Assembly: GCA_017499595.2 (NCBI GenBank)
Contig: CM039004.1
Coordinates: forward strand, 1,674,001 to 1,738,000
Origin: Psilocybe cubensis
Taxonomy: Eukaryota
Reading direction: 5' to 3'
Length of the DNA: 64,000 bases
Shown here: positions 27,001-40,733 of the stretch, in pieces
Position numbering within the stretch: the first letter of the stretch is position 1
Layout of the letters: each line of letters begins with the position of its first letter
The notes under the pieces: model-generated
Told to the model about the DNA's origin: nothing
Seen by the model: only the letters and a program-made list of their open reading frames with translations
Databases searched by the model: none
Translations under genes and position numbers: made by a program

Positions 27001-28355
27001 GTGGGCTCCCCCTGCTCTTAGGTTCAGAGACAACTGGCCAGGGGGCGATCCGGTGATTTATATGTGTTGGCTGGCTCGATCATGATTTTTACGGTTGTGG
27101 TTTACGGAAATGGTTTATGTCCGTCGTTCTCGTTGGGTCTTTATTCTGCAGACCGCTCGAACCGCTCGTTGGAATAAAAAATGAATTTCGAGCAATTTAT
27201 CAGCGGTGAAATGACCGACCGGTGAATATTGAGGGGAGGGGAGGTAGGATGAGTTTTAGTTATGAATGTTGCACACCATCAAAAACTCCCGGTGTGGGCG
27301 ATTATAATTTACATTTTCGTTTCGCTTCACTCGTCGGAAATATTAAATAATATCCAAGCTCATTTATTGCAAGTAGTAATTTGAAAAGGAGCGACGCAGA
27401 GTTCCACCTCCACACGCAACTGCGTGTGTATGCAGTCAACGCGTGCGGAGCATTAAAATGGACGGAGGAAGGGTATTTGGAGTATTGGGAGTCGTCGTGG
27501 TCGCGGCGACATGATTGCACGGAGATGTGATATATGATGGTCCGTAGGATAGTGGACTTGGTAGGAATAATCGGACCGTACATTCCTGTGAAATTTGCGC
27601 TCTGGCGATCGTATTTGATTGACACGGACACGAAGAGGCCACGCCTTTGCTGGCTGCGTCGCTGCGGTCCGCGGGGCATGACTGTGTGTGACGCGAAAAA
27701 AAGAGATGGCAGACGTGTCGCGCGTAGCTAGGCAGACGGCGGGGGCACATTGTGTCATTTGGCAAACACGAACGCGATCACGCAGGCGAGGGCGTATTGT
27801 GAGGGAGGATGAGTCGGGGCGACGGATGAGTCAAGGCGCCGGGCATGGGTCGGGGCAAGGTATAAAAGGTTATATCATGTATGATTCATGATGGTGTATT
27901 GTCAGGAAGAGAGTTAATGAAGGCGAGTTGCGCGATGTTTGAATACCGGAGGCATTGAGTATGACGCGCTGGATGGTAGCGTCCCAGTTTAGTGGGAGGA
28001 GACAGATAGGCAATAAATCTGAGTGGAATTAATTAGATTGCAAGGGTGATGGACGTTGAACTTGTACGGTGGATGGAGGCCCGAGGTGCCAAAAAAGCAG
28101 AAGGAAATGCCCAAGCAAAGGTGATCTGCGAGCTGGAGCAAAGAAGATGCAGCAAAGAGGCGTGTGATAGCAGGCAACAGGATGAGGATCGCGTAGAATA
28201 GGAGGGCGGATCTGTTCTGTGGAGATTAGCTGGCAGGGGCTTGACGACAGAGCGCCCTCTTGGATCTGAGATCGGGATCTCGCCAGAAAAGGCAAGAGCA
28301 GAATTGTGGATATTATAAGTTGCGCTCGAATGTTGATTGTTCTCTGCCCATAGTC

Positions 28356-29426
28356 ATGTTCCGCACACACTCGCCCTACTCGCCCTTCTTCACCTCCGGT
28401 CTGCTCTCCTCCTCCAGACCCTCTTCTCCGGATGTGCCCCTCAGCCCCACCCGCCGCGGCAGTCTGCCCACCGACTCCCCCCGCGTCCAAGAGCTGCCCT
28501 CTGCCTTCTACTTTACTCTCCAGCCCCAGCGCGACGAGGACGAGTTCAGGTCCTATCTCTCGCTAGATCTCGCAGAGTCCCAGTCAATGCGCTCTGCCAG
28601 TCTCAAGCGCACCGCCGCCTCGACGACAAAGCCCTTTGTATTCCCGTGCGTTTCCTTTTGGGGTTTTCTGCTAAATTAGTGCTCATTCTGCTCTAGTCCC
28701 ATTCCAGAGACACCTGCGCTCTCTCTCAGAATGCGCCGCTCTCGTGACTCTCTCCGCACCATTCCCTCTCCAAAGCCCGCGCCCTCCATCACCCTCCCAG
28801 ATCTCCCAAAGCAATCCCCGCCCCGTCTGCCATCTCTCCACCCTCTTCCTGCCCTCGAGATTTCCATCCCCACCCGCGTCTCTGTCCCCCGCACCGCTCC
28901 TCTCACCCTCAACCGCATGTCCGTCGCTACCACTTCCACCGTCTCCACCCGTGCACGCAGGCAGAACCGCTCAGAAGCTCTTGCACGCTTGGAAGGCCGC
29001 TCGGGCATCCGCACTGCGCCTCTTGCCTATCCAAAGCGCAATTTCATGAGCATGAGCGACGACGAAGACGACGACGAGCAGGATCACGCAGACGATGAGA
29101 ACGACGACAGCGAGCCAGACAGCGATCTCGAGAGTCTCCATTTCCCAGACCTCAAGTCCCTCCACAATCCCCTTCTCGAGCCGGAAGACATGGTTCTGCC
29201 CTTGCCTACCCCCGACTTTCTCCAAGCTCCCCGCTCTGCGCCTCTCCCTCCCCGATCTCCCACCTTTGTAGGCGGTCTCCGCAGGCAGCGCACAAAGAAC
29301 CGTGCCACCAAGGATTGGTTCCCCCTCAAGAGCTTCATTGATCTGCGGAACGACGACGATCGCATGAGCACCACCAGCTCTTCCTGGGCATGGCGCAGCT
29401 TTATCCAAGTCGCAAACGTTTCATGA
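28356..29426 (+). CDS. Ser/Pro/Arg-rich hypothetical protein (2 exons)
   Basis: MFRTHSPYSPFFTSGLL..., then intron 28646-28696 (GTGCGT...TAG), then a long open exon with strong C-ending codon bias, an acidic tract and a terminal ...WAWRSFIQVANVS*. Confidence 0.8.
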
Positions 29427-30939
29427 TCGGCCCACGTTTTTTTTTTTTTTTGCCTGTTGCTTCGCTGCGAGCTTTCTTTTTTCAACGCTCGCTAGCCACA
29501 CCAACCCACACTTTTTTTGTTGGGTCTTTATGGTCTGCGGCCACCGCCGGGCCCCTCAGCGCCCCACGCATCCCGCCGCCAGCACCCCTCGATGGCTTTC
29601 CACGATCCCCATCCGCCTATGCCTCTCCTCATGTCCACAAATGTCTATTGATCCTTCTTGTGCCACTAGTACCATACCATCTCCTCTAATCCTTAATTCC
29701 CATCATCAACTCCCTGTGTTCAACTAGCATTTTTTTCATTCTATTTTCGTTTGTCCTCTTTTTTCTTGGTCTCTGATCCCATCCACCCAACATCTTGTAC
29801 CATCCCCCTCATCATCAATTTATCTCTCTCTTTTTTTTCCAATTATCAGCATCGACATCATCATCAGCAACAATATCAGAATCAGCATCATCAACGTCTG
29901 CCTCTTTTTCTCTTCTTTCTTTACTTTTCTCTTTTCTTGTCAAACTGTTCCCGGCTCCGGCTCCCTCCCTCTTTTCTTGAAAATCAACCTTGTACAAACA
30001 TACAACAGCCAAAGCTCTCCCTCCCAATCCGCCCCGCCTCTCGTCCATGCATGCTATGCTATCTTATCTATCGCCGTACTCTTGTCGCTGTACGATGCTT
30101 TCCAAAGTTTTTTATCCCAGTCTCGCTTTGTACCACCACCAGATCGTCAACCAACCAAACAATAAACAGACGACCACTCCGCTTTTCCCAAACTCAAAAG
30201 TCGCGCATATATGTGCTTTTTCATTCACTTGCACTATAATCGTTATTCGTATCATAACCACTCTCTTTATTTGCTCCCGTCATCCACGTACACCCGGCGC
30301 CTCGTCGCATTTCACATTCTTTCAGTTTCTCTCAGTTTGCGTAGATCGTAGAAACGTCACATCACATTCTTTAGTATACATTTGTTCTTGTTTGAATTTT
30401 AGTACCGTAGTTAGTACTTTTGCTGCAACCACCATCCGAGAAAAAAATGTTATATTTTTTTTTTTGAAAATTTTGTGTGGGTGTGACTCTTGACGATTTT
30501 TTGAGTGTGTGTTGTTGGACAATGTACAATTACATGATATGTAATTTCAGATGCTTTCGAGGTCGAAGGCTCCAACTCCAAGGTACTTGTGTATCGTAGA
30601 AGCGTAAAATTCAAATGAACTGCAAAGTTCTCCATCGGCATCAGTAACAGTGAACACAAAAACGTGAGGGCGAAAAGCGCGTGTTTATTCGAGTTGAGTT
30701 GAGATGAGTAAAATGAACTTGATAATTAAATTTCGTAATTCGTAATTGCACGCGCTACGTAGGGCAGCGCCGTAAAAAGCCCGTAACGCGATGGACTTCA
30801 AAGTTGTAATTGGTCAGCGGTATTCAGCGGTTCCCAAAAACCTAGAGATCTTAAGAATTTCTATTTTTTTTTTTTAAAGGTTGAGTAAGACGAGGTAAGA
30901 TGACGTCGGAGATGAGCAGTAAGCTTAACTAAATTCAAT

Positions 30940-32890
30940 TGTCAAGCTCAAGAATCAAGAGTCAAGAGTCAAGACGTTTAGGACTTGTAGGACTTTCAAG
31001 ACCAAGACCGCAATTTGAATTTTCAAACATGGAATCAGGACCCGGGGGCGCTCGGGAGTCGGGGAGTCGGGATGGATGTAGCCAGATCAGAGCCCAAGAA
31101 CAACGACGCGAGCGCGAGCGCGACGCGTCGCGGCTGCGTGCCATTATGATATACATATGTCGAACGTGTGTGCACTCTGCGCGCTCGGCTAGCAAGGTTC
31201 AATGATGTCCAGTGCCCAGTGTCCATAACACTTCCATAACATCGCGCATGAAGCATGAAGCATGAATGTTTGGTGCATTTCTCCGCATCAGTCTATAGCT
31301 ATAGACTAAGATCAATGGGTGAAGTCGCCGGTGCCGGGCAGTGCGTTCTTGAACATTCACGTTCACCGTGATGTTCAGCGTTAACGTTCAGCGTAACGTT
31401 TGAACGTTGACCCGCACGGCAGCCTCTAGACTCCCGACGCCTCGCCGTCTCGAAAGTCGAGAGTTAACAGAGCACAGAGCGCGTCTACATACTACCACAA
31501 TTAGGAGCGCCTCATCGTTCAGACGCGCAAGGCGGCCGCGCGGCACACCGTCGTCTGCGTCTGTAATGCGTCTGTAATGCAGAGACCCGGAAACTGCACT
31601 AAATCGCGAAATCTTGAAATCGCGAAATCTCTAAATCTCGAAAGTCGAGGAAAATCAAAAAAAAAAATGGAGAATGAGAATGAGAATCGCGACAGACAGG
31701 GGTTTCAGCTGTTCAGGATGACAGACAGACACAGTAGTAACTAATCTAATCTATTCCGGCCCCTTCAACCGTTCAACCAAATCTGCTACTGAAAAAATTA
31801 GCAAAAATCTAATGCTAATACAACTAGTAGTAGTAGTAGTATAGCGATAGTGCCAGTACGTCGTTGATCTTACACGACACGCCTGATTCTGCTTCTGATT
31901 CTGGTGTACCCAACACGACGGCGTACATACGCGCGCTTCCGCGATGCCTGCCCCCAACAAGTTACCTTGCTCGGGTGCGTTCAAATCTCCAAATCTCAAA
32001 AAAAATCTAGCAATAGTAATAGCGGTAATAAATCACTTTTACTCAATAATACCTATCTATCAACATCAACGCTTCGCTTCTGTAAATCTGACTTCTCTTC
32101 AACTTACAACTGCACTAGTCTAGTAGTAGCGCAGCGCATGAACGCACGCACATCATCGACATCAGATCCGAATCATTTGACCGCTATTAAAGGCAATAGT
32201 CGCTCTTCTTCTATATGACTAAAGGCTAACAGACAATGGGTGGGGGTGGGGGGTTCACGGTTCTGGCAGGTAAAAGACAGCAAGCCTGATCTACGAATAT
32301 CCAAAGTAAGGATTAAGGACCGGGCGTGTAATAGGAGTACGGCGGATCGCTGCGTGATGCAAGTGCTGAATATTGAGTAACTGATGCGCCGCAGTTGACA
32401 ATGACAGTCTAAGTCCAAGTCCAAGTCCATTCATTCACAAAGTTGAACACGACTCGATCTCGCGGGGGCACGGGTACGGGCACGGGCACGTCGATTTCAT
32501 ATACGACATCCTATACAACACCTAATTCCCATACCCACTCCCTCAATACACTCGATAAACTCTTGGAGACGAAGAACCACGACGCGTGACGCATGACGCT
32601 CGACGCTGAAATATACCTTCGTCCATTAAGTTGAAACTTGCATAGAGGGTGATATGGGGGTGCTATTATGCTATGCTATCTTTAGGTAGTAGCGCTTCCC
32701 CCTTTTGAAACGGTTGGTTGGTGCGTTGGTTGGTACAGGAACAACGCACTTACGAAGGAATAGAAGAGAAGAGAATAGAAGTTTTGGCCCGTTTGAGGTC
32801 ATTCAAGGTTAGACAGGCAGAAGCCCTCTGTGCATGTATCGAAGAAGAAGCCGAAGACGACAGAAGACAGAAGACAGAAGACAGAGAAGC
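30940..32890. repeat. Cluster of microsatellites and short tandem repeats
   Basis: (TCAAGAG)n near 30950-30975, (CATGAAG)3 near 31247, (TGCGTCTGTAA)2 near 31556, AAATCGCG/AAATCTyG units near 31601-31645, (GAGAAT)3 near 31670, (TAG)5 near 31825, (AAGTCC)3 near 32411 and (GACAGAA)3-4 near 32859-32885. Confidence 0.8.
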
Positions 32891-35800
32891 ATTGGACCAG
32901 GTTGTCAGTTGAGGTAACCGCCAGATTCTGTTCCCCTTTTTTTTTGTTTTCTGGTGGGTCCTATTCTTGGGATTGGCGTGGGCCCGTGGAGGGGTTTCAA
33001 GGCGTGTCCGAGCCTATACTTTTGTTACCGGCTCATAACAACCCGCAGAGTCTCCGCCATCCTTTCCGCGACTTGTCGCTCATGTCACCATGAAGGACGA
33101 CTCGGACGCGACGATTCCAAGTATAACAATAATAATGCGCTGGGAATGTTGAAGGATGTTTGACAATGAGCCAGCGCAGCACTTGGTCGATTTTTGGCAA
33201 GACTAGTTAGTAGCAGTTAATGTGTTGTCCTCACAGTGGCGAAGATGCGGCTTGCTACTGTCGCCAGTACCGCGGCCAACAGCGCGCACCGACGGTGGTG
33301 ATTAATGGCCCTGATGATATGCACTGTTGGGTAAACTTTGCTTAGTGAACAATGACAATATGGGGTACATAGGGTGACCCCAAACCGCAACCGGGTGCGT
33401 ACGATGTGCTCGGACGCCGGACCCGACCTTTTCGACCTATCGTAATTCATTCATTCATACTATTGACAGCGGGATCATCATCACCACCACCACTTGGCCG
33501 GGCACTGATATCCTGGCGCGAGAAGCCTGAGAAGTCTGGCTTTTTTTTTTCAACCAACGTCGTTTCATTTTCGGGGCACTGTCCAAAGAACTTTAAACAA
33601 GGGTTAAGTATAGAGCACAACTGATGCGTTTATAAACATAGTACTAGACCTTTTGGAATATATGAGCGCCCCCGCTATCCCCCACTGTTGGCGATGATGA
33701 TGCTAAGATAGCTGTTGATGGTGTCGGTGCAAAGAGTGTGGGCATCAGATGGACGAGTGTAGATCGCCTTTCATTGCCTGTTGCAGCAATTGACCGTTAT
33801 ACAGGTGACCAATGCAACCATGGATAGTGCTTCTATTCGTATTCTGTCTGTGAAAAGTTTATGATACCTGTCATTGTCAAGCATCAACTCAAAAAAGAGA
33901 AAAGATTGAGAAGACCATAGACTCCGTGAAGCGATGCCCAAACTCGTTCGTTATCACCTCCGGTGGGTATGTTGGTCTTGAACGAGTAGCTTCATACATG
34001 TAGCGCTTGCTAACCTTGATGATATAAGATTGTACTTTGATGATGATAATCAACCAAAAGCCGGATATCCAGCCAATACAACCTGGGTTTATTGTTATTG
34101 AGAACTATGAGTATTTCCATTCAACAAAATTTGAAACAATAAATGATAAAGTAGAGTGATCAGTAAAATATACGCACAGGGTTTATGCTGACTGAAGAAA
34201 ACAAGGCCCATGGGGACGGGAAAGGACCGGTGAAAAATATTCCTTTCAAAACAGAGTAAAGAAAGAAATGATGAGTAGCATATTTCGAGGCAAGCGATTC
34301 ATATCACTCGGATTATCGGCGACATTCCAAATGCTGCAGTTTTCGATAATCGACAATCTTGTATGATGTAGTGCATGAGGACTGTGGACAACCGGCAAAA
34401 GCACATATTAACCGACGATGAGATGAAAATTTATCGGATTTTTTGCCATGAGAACTTGAGAGAAAGCACTTGCAAAGTATGGCGTAAGACCTGCACCCGT
34501 CCTGGGAATAGATGGGTACAAGAGCCAAAAACAGGACGTTCATGAAACTGCGTTTTGGTAGGTCATCTTGCGTTCTTGTGCTCCTTGAAGTAAAAGAGCA
34601 GTACCCAGAGCAAACGGTCCATCTGGTTCATAGTTAACGCCATCCACACCGGTGTCAGCGGGCAAGCACGGTGTACAGAATCCGACGGCACGCAAAGCAT
34701 TACACGCACTCTTGTCGCGGTAAAATGGCGTTTTCTGCTCACACCAGAGATCAGGACCTCGGGCCGTGAAATCAGACATGCAAATTTGCACACAAGAAAC
34801 CAGAGCCTGCCCAACACCAACACGTCACGTTGATGACTAGACAGTGGGCGTCGTATTCCAAGATAGGGCATCGGACACAGCAACTTGAAAATTGCCTGAT
34901 TCGAAAAATGAACCAACGTTTGGAAGAATAGACTAGACGTAATAAGGAAAGATTAACAAAGTAAAAAGAAACAAGAACTTACAACAATGTTCAGCAGTTT
35001 CAATGTCGTTTCATTGACGCGCCCGCAGTTTCGGTCGCAGAGCACATAACCTGCCAAAGATCGACAGCCAACGCCTCGTTGATTCTTTGAGAAACTTCAT
35101 GCCTCGTTGCTATTAAGAATAAACACAAAGCACAGGTCAATGTCACCAGTGACATCTCGGACCACATCCAATGAGCCGCCGCGTTATAAGGGTGAGAGTC
35201 CCAAGAGAGTTCACCAGCTCTGCGAACAAAGTTGTCATCAGTGTCAACAAAAAGTGTCAAACCCAATCAGAAAACTAGAAGTAGAACCTCCAAGATTAGA
35301 CCTCTGAGAAATGAAAGTGTACGGTTAGAGATTGCGTTACCTTTGTCATTTAACTGTCAACAGTAGTTCAACTTGATATAAGTATTTCATGCCAAACGAC
35401 ACGTACAGGGTACACTACCTTGAACCCCGACTTCTCAATTTGGGCCGCCGGAGGCCTTCATCGAATGTTCTACGAGAAAAACAACCCATGAAACCCAATA
35501 ATACAAGGAATATGATAGATAAACTTTAAACCTTGGTATACTTCCTATGGCCTTGAAGGGCAATAAATGGGTTGAAAGAACCATATTAACCAAATTCAAC
35601 ACTAACAAATTAAGGACACGTTCCATTCAAACTCCGTTTAGATTCTATACTTCAGCTGAAGCCTGAAGTGATGATGAGCAGGAAGTCATGTTGCTCAAGT
35701 CAACCGTGGATTGTAACAGCTTTTATCACCACTGTATAGGGGGCCATGAGAACCTTTGCCATTCTTCGAAAGCCCGAGGTAGACTTTGTTCTGCATGCAC

Positions 35801-36149
35801 GTTCAGAAACTCATGGAAAGGGTCAAGACCACATGGAGAGAAATAAGAAACTTGATCAGCAAAGATACCATTATAGGTGAGGATGAATCATTGGTTATTT
35901 GATTATGTATGCGTGATATTGGAACATTTTTGAAGGAATTGAAAAAGAAGGAAAGCATCAGATGCAAATAGATTGAAGCACTGATTGCGCGATACTGCCG
36001 TCCAACAAGTAAGCTGTGAAATTGCGTCAATAATACGGTTAAGAAATAGCAAACTGTAATAAATTATCCGTAAACACAAAATAGTCCGTCATTCTGCGTA
36101 GAATTTTCAGAAGTATGATACGCATTACATGTCTTGCGAACCAAAAGGT

Positions 36150-38132
36150 TCAACGTCGATGTGTTAACAACTTGTCCATGAGCCCATGAACCACGGATGT
36201 CGTGGAAGATTGCTTTGGCCCTGATTGTGAACCTGAATGCTGGGAAGCAGGTACCGGCTGTGGCTGATGAATGTAGGGCGCGGGTGACCAACTGACGGGT
36301 GGGAAGCTTGAAGTTGATCCCAAGTTAGGAGGTCCTCCAGAGTACGATGTAGAGGGACCATGGGAGCTGGAGGAGGGTCCTGCGCCTCCATAAGGTTGGG
36401 GAAATGAAGGGGCTGGGGGTCTTGACGCTTGTGAATTTGTCGGACGTGCAGAGGAATTTGGAGGCGGTGGAGGCGGTGCGGAGTAAATAGAAGGATTGTT
36501 GATTTGCGAAGGCGATGGGGATGGCTGGTTAGGGTGAACTTGATGTGCGTGTACATGCTGGTTAGGTGATGAAGCTTTTCTTGGCCGATATAATTTATTA
36601 CCAGAAGGTTTGCTAGGTGGGGGTCCAGGAGCAGTCAAAGTAGGCGCAGGTGGTGCAGATCTTGCAGGTTTGATAGTAGATGATCCTACGTGGTTTCATA
36701 GAAGGAGGAAACATAAAGTATCGATTAATCATGATGAAGTCGTGGAGTCGAAGGGGTATCACCACCAACCCTGTTTATCCTCTTTCCTCCGCGTATCCTT
36801 GCTTGGTTTATCCTTTGTGTGCCCTTTAGGCTGGAGTTCGGGCATAGATATCTTACTCAGATGGACGGTAAGATTCTTGGGAGGGGCATATTTGTTTTTG
36901 GGTTCGTCATCGAGGTTGATGCGTCTAGGACCTTTCCTCTGTTCCTCTGTATCGTAAAGAACATATTGATGCAATTCTTCTTCTTCCGATAATCCTAGAT
37001 TGTGTAGGCAATGAGTATGATGTGTTAGAAAAGTATGCAGCCACCAACCCGCTTTGTGTCGTATTCGCTTGGTCTCTTCAACAACCTGGAGAACCTTGGG
37101 AACATACTCAGCTTCGGAGGATTTTACGGTAATAAATAACATCGCATCGTCCTAGAAATTCATTTCAATCATTGCTAGTCGAGGGTGCTTCCTGGAAGAG
37201 CACAGTACCTGAAGCAAAGTATTACAATATTCAGCATAGTCTTGTAAAGTGCCTTCTTCGCTTATGATGATCTCATTATATTCGCCTTTCATTGCCTGTA
37301 TCTCTGCAATTCTATCTATACCTGTTTTTGGTGCAGGCTTAGGAGGCGGGGGTGGGGGAGGTGCAGCTCCCGATGGAACATTGGAACCCGTGGACTGAGT
37401 AGATCTAGGCGACAAGTTGTTTGAGGCGGTCGATACGTTGCCCTCTGGGTTATGTATCGCCTCATTGGAATCATGGAAGGTCATCAACGCAGTCAGGATA
37501 ACAATTTCGAGGCCTTTACGGTCGTTGATATCAAATCTAGAGAAGCATGAAGAGTTTGGCGATATAACATATTGCGTATCAGGAGATAACTCACCGATTC
37601 AAGTTATAGTCTAATATCTGGACAGATGTCGTTTTGAGCCTGCCGGCAGGTTCTTTCGTCACTGCAACTATCACTGGTGGATCAGGTTTACGAATCATGT
37701 AACATTCTTCTCGTTTCCACTCGTATTCGTGGCTATAGTCAATATCAGCCCTGACCAATACGGTCGACAATGTGATTTGGTGCTCACTCTTCCCATTGAA
37801 ATCCCCAACGAAACGATAACGTTCCGGTATATTTTAGCTCCACCACCGATGTAGGGTTACACAATTCCAATGTTTTGACCTTACTTGTAGGCGAAGGTGC
37901 ACTAGCTGTTGCAAGTAAGGATTCGGACATGGGATCTATATTCATTGACTGAGTAAGAATAATTAACAACGCGAGCATAGGTCGCACCGTACACCTCGAT
38001 CTTGTATTCCGAGCCTGGTACCCGCTGTTTGCGATAGTGAATTGTTCCTGATGGATCTATGAGGTCAATGACAGTCGCATTATCCTTGTGTTGAGTGAAA
38101 TTGAGTGTGAAAAGATTTTTATCCAAGCTCAT
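36150..38132 (-). CDS. Hypothetical protein with a globular N-terminal domain and a Pro/Ser-rich C-terminus
   Basis: Exons MSLDKNLFTL..., FRWGFQWEE|HEYEWKREECYMIRKPDPPV..., DRKGLEIVILTALMTF and LFITVKS...LTVHLSKISMPEL are linked by GT-AG introns and end in a long Pro-rich exon. Confidence 0.8.
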
Positions 38133-39019
38133 GGTATGTTATGGTGGGGTATATGAGGTAGAATATTGGTGCGGACAAGTTGTGGACGGTGTGTAAGTTA
38201 TATTGTGCATAGCCCTGGCCGCAGCCTGGGCGTCAACTTCAAAATTCGTTTGTGACATGAACGTGATCATTGAACTCTGCCGCGGTCCACCACAGCCGCC
38301 ACTGCCACCACCACAGCCTCTTGAGTCGTATCGGTGCCTTCAGCATTAGCGACTTTAAGCGCATCTTGATTTTACACACTCTAAAAAACGGTGACCTTCA
38401 GGTCGATAGCGAAGATTTCTGGATTTCCTGTCGTATTTGATTTAGAGCGACAAACCCACCAACTTCGGCAAAATGATTGTTGCATCCGATACAGATCCAA
38501 CCTTACTGGTAAACGAATGAAATTGTTACAGAATATGGATACTACTTTCGTACATGTGAATCCAAAGGTGCTTTTGTATTCCCGAATGATTTTCGAGCAG
38601 ATGATGTGCAACGACAGACGTAGAGGATTGTGCAAATAACACGACTCCTGGATGGATTCACCTTGTGCTCATTGTATAATTCTGCTTGAGGCGTTGTCGA
38701 CATAGTTGAGACGACCCGACAACATTTAATTTTGTGTCAAGTATATAAACCTACCGGCCGTCAATGAGCGATTCTTGGAAACGCAACAACTAAATAACAA
38801 GCACATAAGAGGATTAATTATATTTTGGGAACAGTAAATCAGAGAGGGAGGTAACAGATAATCTATAAAGTCTGTGTTAGAAGTAACATAGTAAAACAGT
38901 GTTTCCCAGTGCGCATGTCTATTGCAAGTGTCAGGGATCCTTGAAAGTCAAACTGAGATGCAAACACTCACAACATTAAATATTTGGGGTAATCCCGTCA
39001 TTTCATCATCATTAACCGC

Positions 39020-40122
39020 TTACTTTCCTCCAGTGGTACCCATGCCCATGGAGGCCTTGAAGGAATCATAAATCCACCATTGGAAGCCAGTGAGTGTACC
39101 GATCATAATAACACGAGTACCCAGGCCCTGTGTAGCGAGTTTGACGAATCCGACCTCATTGGCAATCTGTCCAAGTGATTTTCCCTTGTTGGCAGCCTTG
39201 CCGAGCTGTGAAACAAGAGAGTCCGCAGGGTGAGAGACGACGGCACAGACGACACCAGCAAGGTATCCAGATGCGAATGTAATGCCCAGCTGGGTTCCTT
39301 TGTTGTATGTTTCCTTGGGTTCAGTGAACACATGCGTATAGAAAAGCTGGACAATCTTTTCAAAGCAGAAAAACTTGGCCATGGTATATGGAATCTGTGT
39401 GTACATGAATGTGTTAATACTCAACTTGATTGTTGATGAACAAAATTAATTTACCTGACGAGACCAAAGAGGAACAAGAGAACCGAATGGGTATCGGGTT
39501 TCAAGCTTGGTACGTTGCATTTCTCTCAAGGCGGCAACAAAAGGGATAGGAAAGGTACCAGTTGGGCTGGTCTGAATTTTGACTTTGGTCATCTCGAGTG
39601 GGCACAGGGCGATATCAGCGAAGACTTCTGCGGAAGCAGAACCCACTAGCCAAATAGCGGGTTTATATTTCTCGGAAAGCTCCTCTCCGGCCAGATTCAT
39701 GTAGAAATCTTTGAAGATTTCATAAAGACCATATTTGAACATTCCTTGGAGCGAATACCCGACCAAAGTGGGTCCAAAACCCTTCAAAACACCTTTGGAA
39801 CCTTCTTCGGCCACGAGAGTCCTCAGAGATGGGACAAGGCCGTTGTATTTTTTAGGGTCCACCTATTACAGCCAATTGTATACGACAAGATAGAAAACTG
39901 AATGAGATTCATAATTTACCTGCATGTTACATTTGGCAACATCAAGAGGAGTGATGGCTGCATGTGTGATACCACAGGCCAAGGCACCTCCTAACAAGGC
40001 TTTTGCGTAGTAAGAGGAATCATGGGGGACAGGGCCAGCGAATCTGCAGCAGAACGTTGGAAAAGATCGGGAGAAACAGGACTGCACTTCATTTACCTGG
40101 CATCCCATTTCGTAGCAGACAT
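39020..40122 (-). CDS. PIC2: Mitochondrial phosphate carrier (SLC25A3/Pic2-type), copy A
   Basis: MSATKWDAR start, carrier motifs TPLDVAKC, CPLEMTKVK and HPADSLVS, plus GYSLQGMFKYGLYE, LWSRQIPYTMAKF and MIGTLTGFQWWIYDSFK. The C-terminus is closer to Pic2 than to Mir1. Confidence 0.9.
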
Positions 40123-40733
40123 GGCAAGCAGACAGGCAATCTAACAAGTCTATGCACTGAAATGAAAATTGAAGTTAACAGTAGGTCCTATGGGACCAAG
40201 TTTTGGGAGCCTCGAGTAGGTAGGGAAATGTAGGGAAGAAGGATGGATGCCAGATGTACGATGCGAGGTCAAAGCTCGGGGTTGGTTCGGAACGCTGACT
40301 AATGACATTGGTGAGATTTCCGGCCCTGACCATCCCAGCGATGACATGAACAAAAATGCGAATGACACGGTCATGCTCAAAGGGGACACTGCGTGCTTAC
40401 GATGACGTCGATTAATAGTTCACGTACGCAAGACAGATGAGAAGCAGAAAGAGATTATCGTTTAACAGAGCGATCATGCCGGGGCCACCATGGAAGTTGA
40501 ACACTCAGCTCAAGGAATCTTTTTGATTATAAGATTGAGGATATCGTAGAGGGACATGCAATTCTATATGATAGATGGTAAGATAAAACCCAGTAATAGA
40601 AGGCAATAAGTAAGTCTAGAGTCCCTTCATCACGATGAGCATTTATCTACTCCCAGACTTATTCGATGCATAAGCAATAAGCAGACAAGACAGTAAGATA
40701 GATACTCACATCATTGGGTAACAAAAGTTCCGT

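Noticed and set aside
24996-27891. ORFs of 100-185 aa on both strands
   Set aside because: Their Arg/Cys/Ser-rich composition is typical of translated non-coding GC-rich DNA, and no domain is visible.
29390-30522. Several ORFs including a His/Gln run
   Set aside because: They come from low-complexity CAT/CAG and T-rich sequence that is most likely 3' UTR.
32875-32900. ACAGAGAAG resembling the U6 snRNA box
   Set aside because: It is part of a GACAGAA microsatellite, and the flanking U6 sequence is absent.
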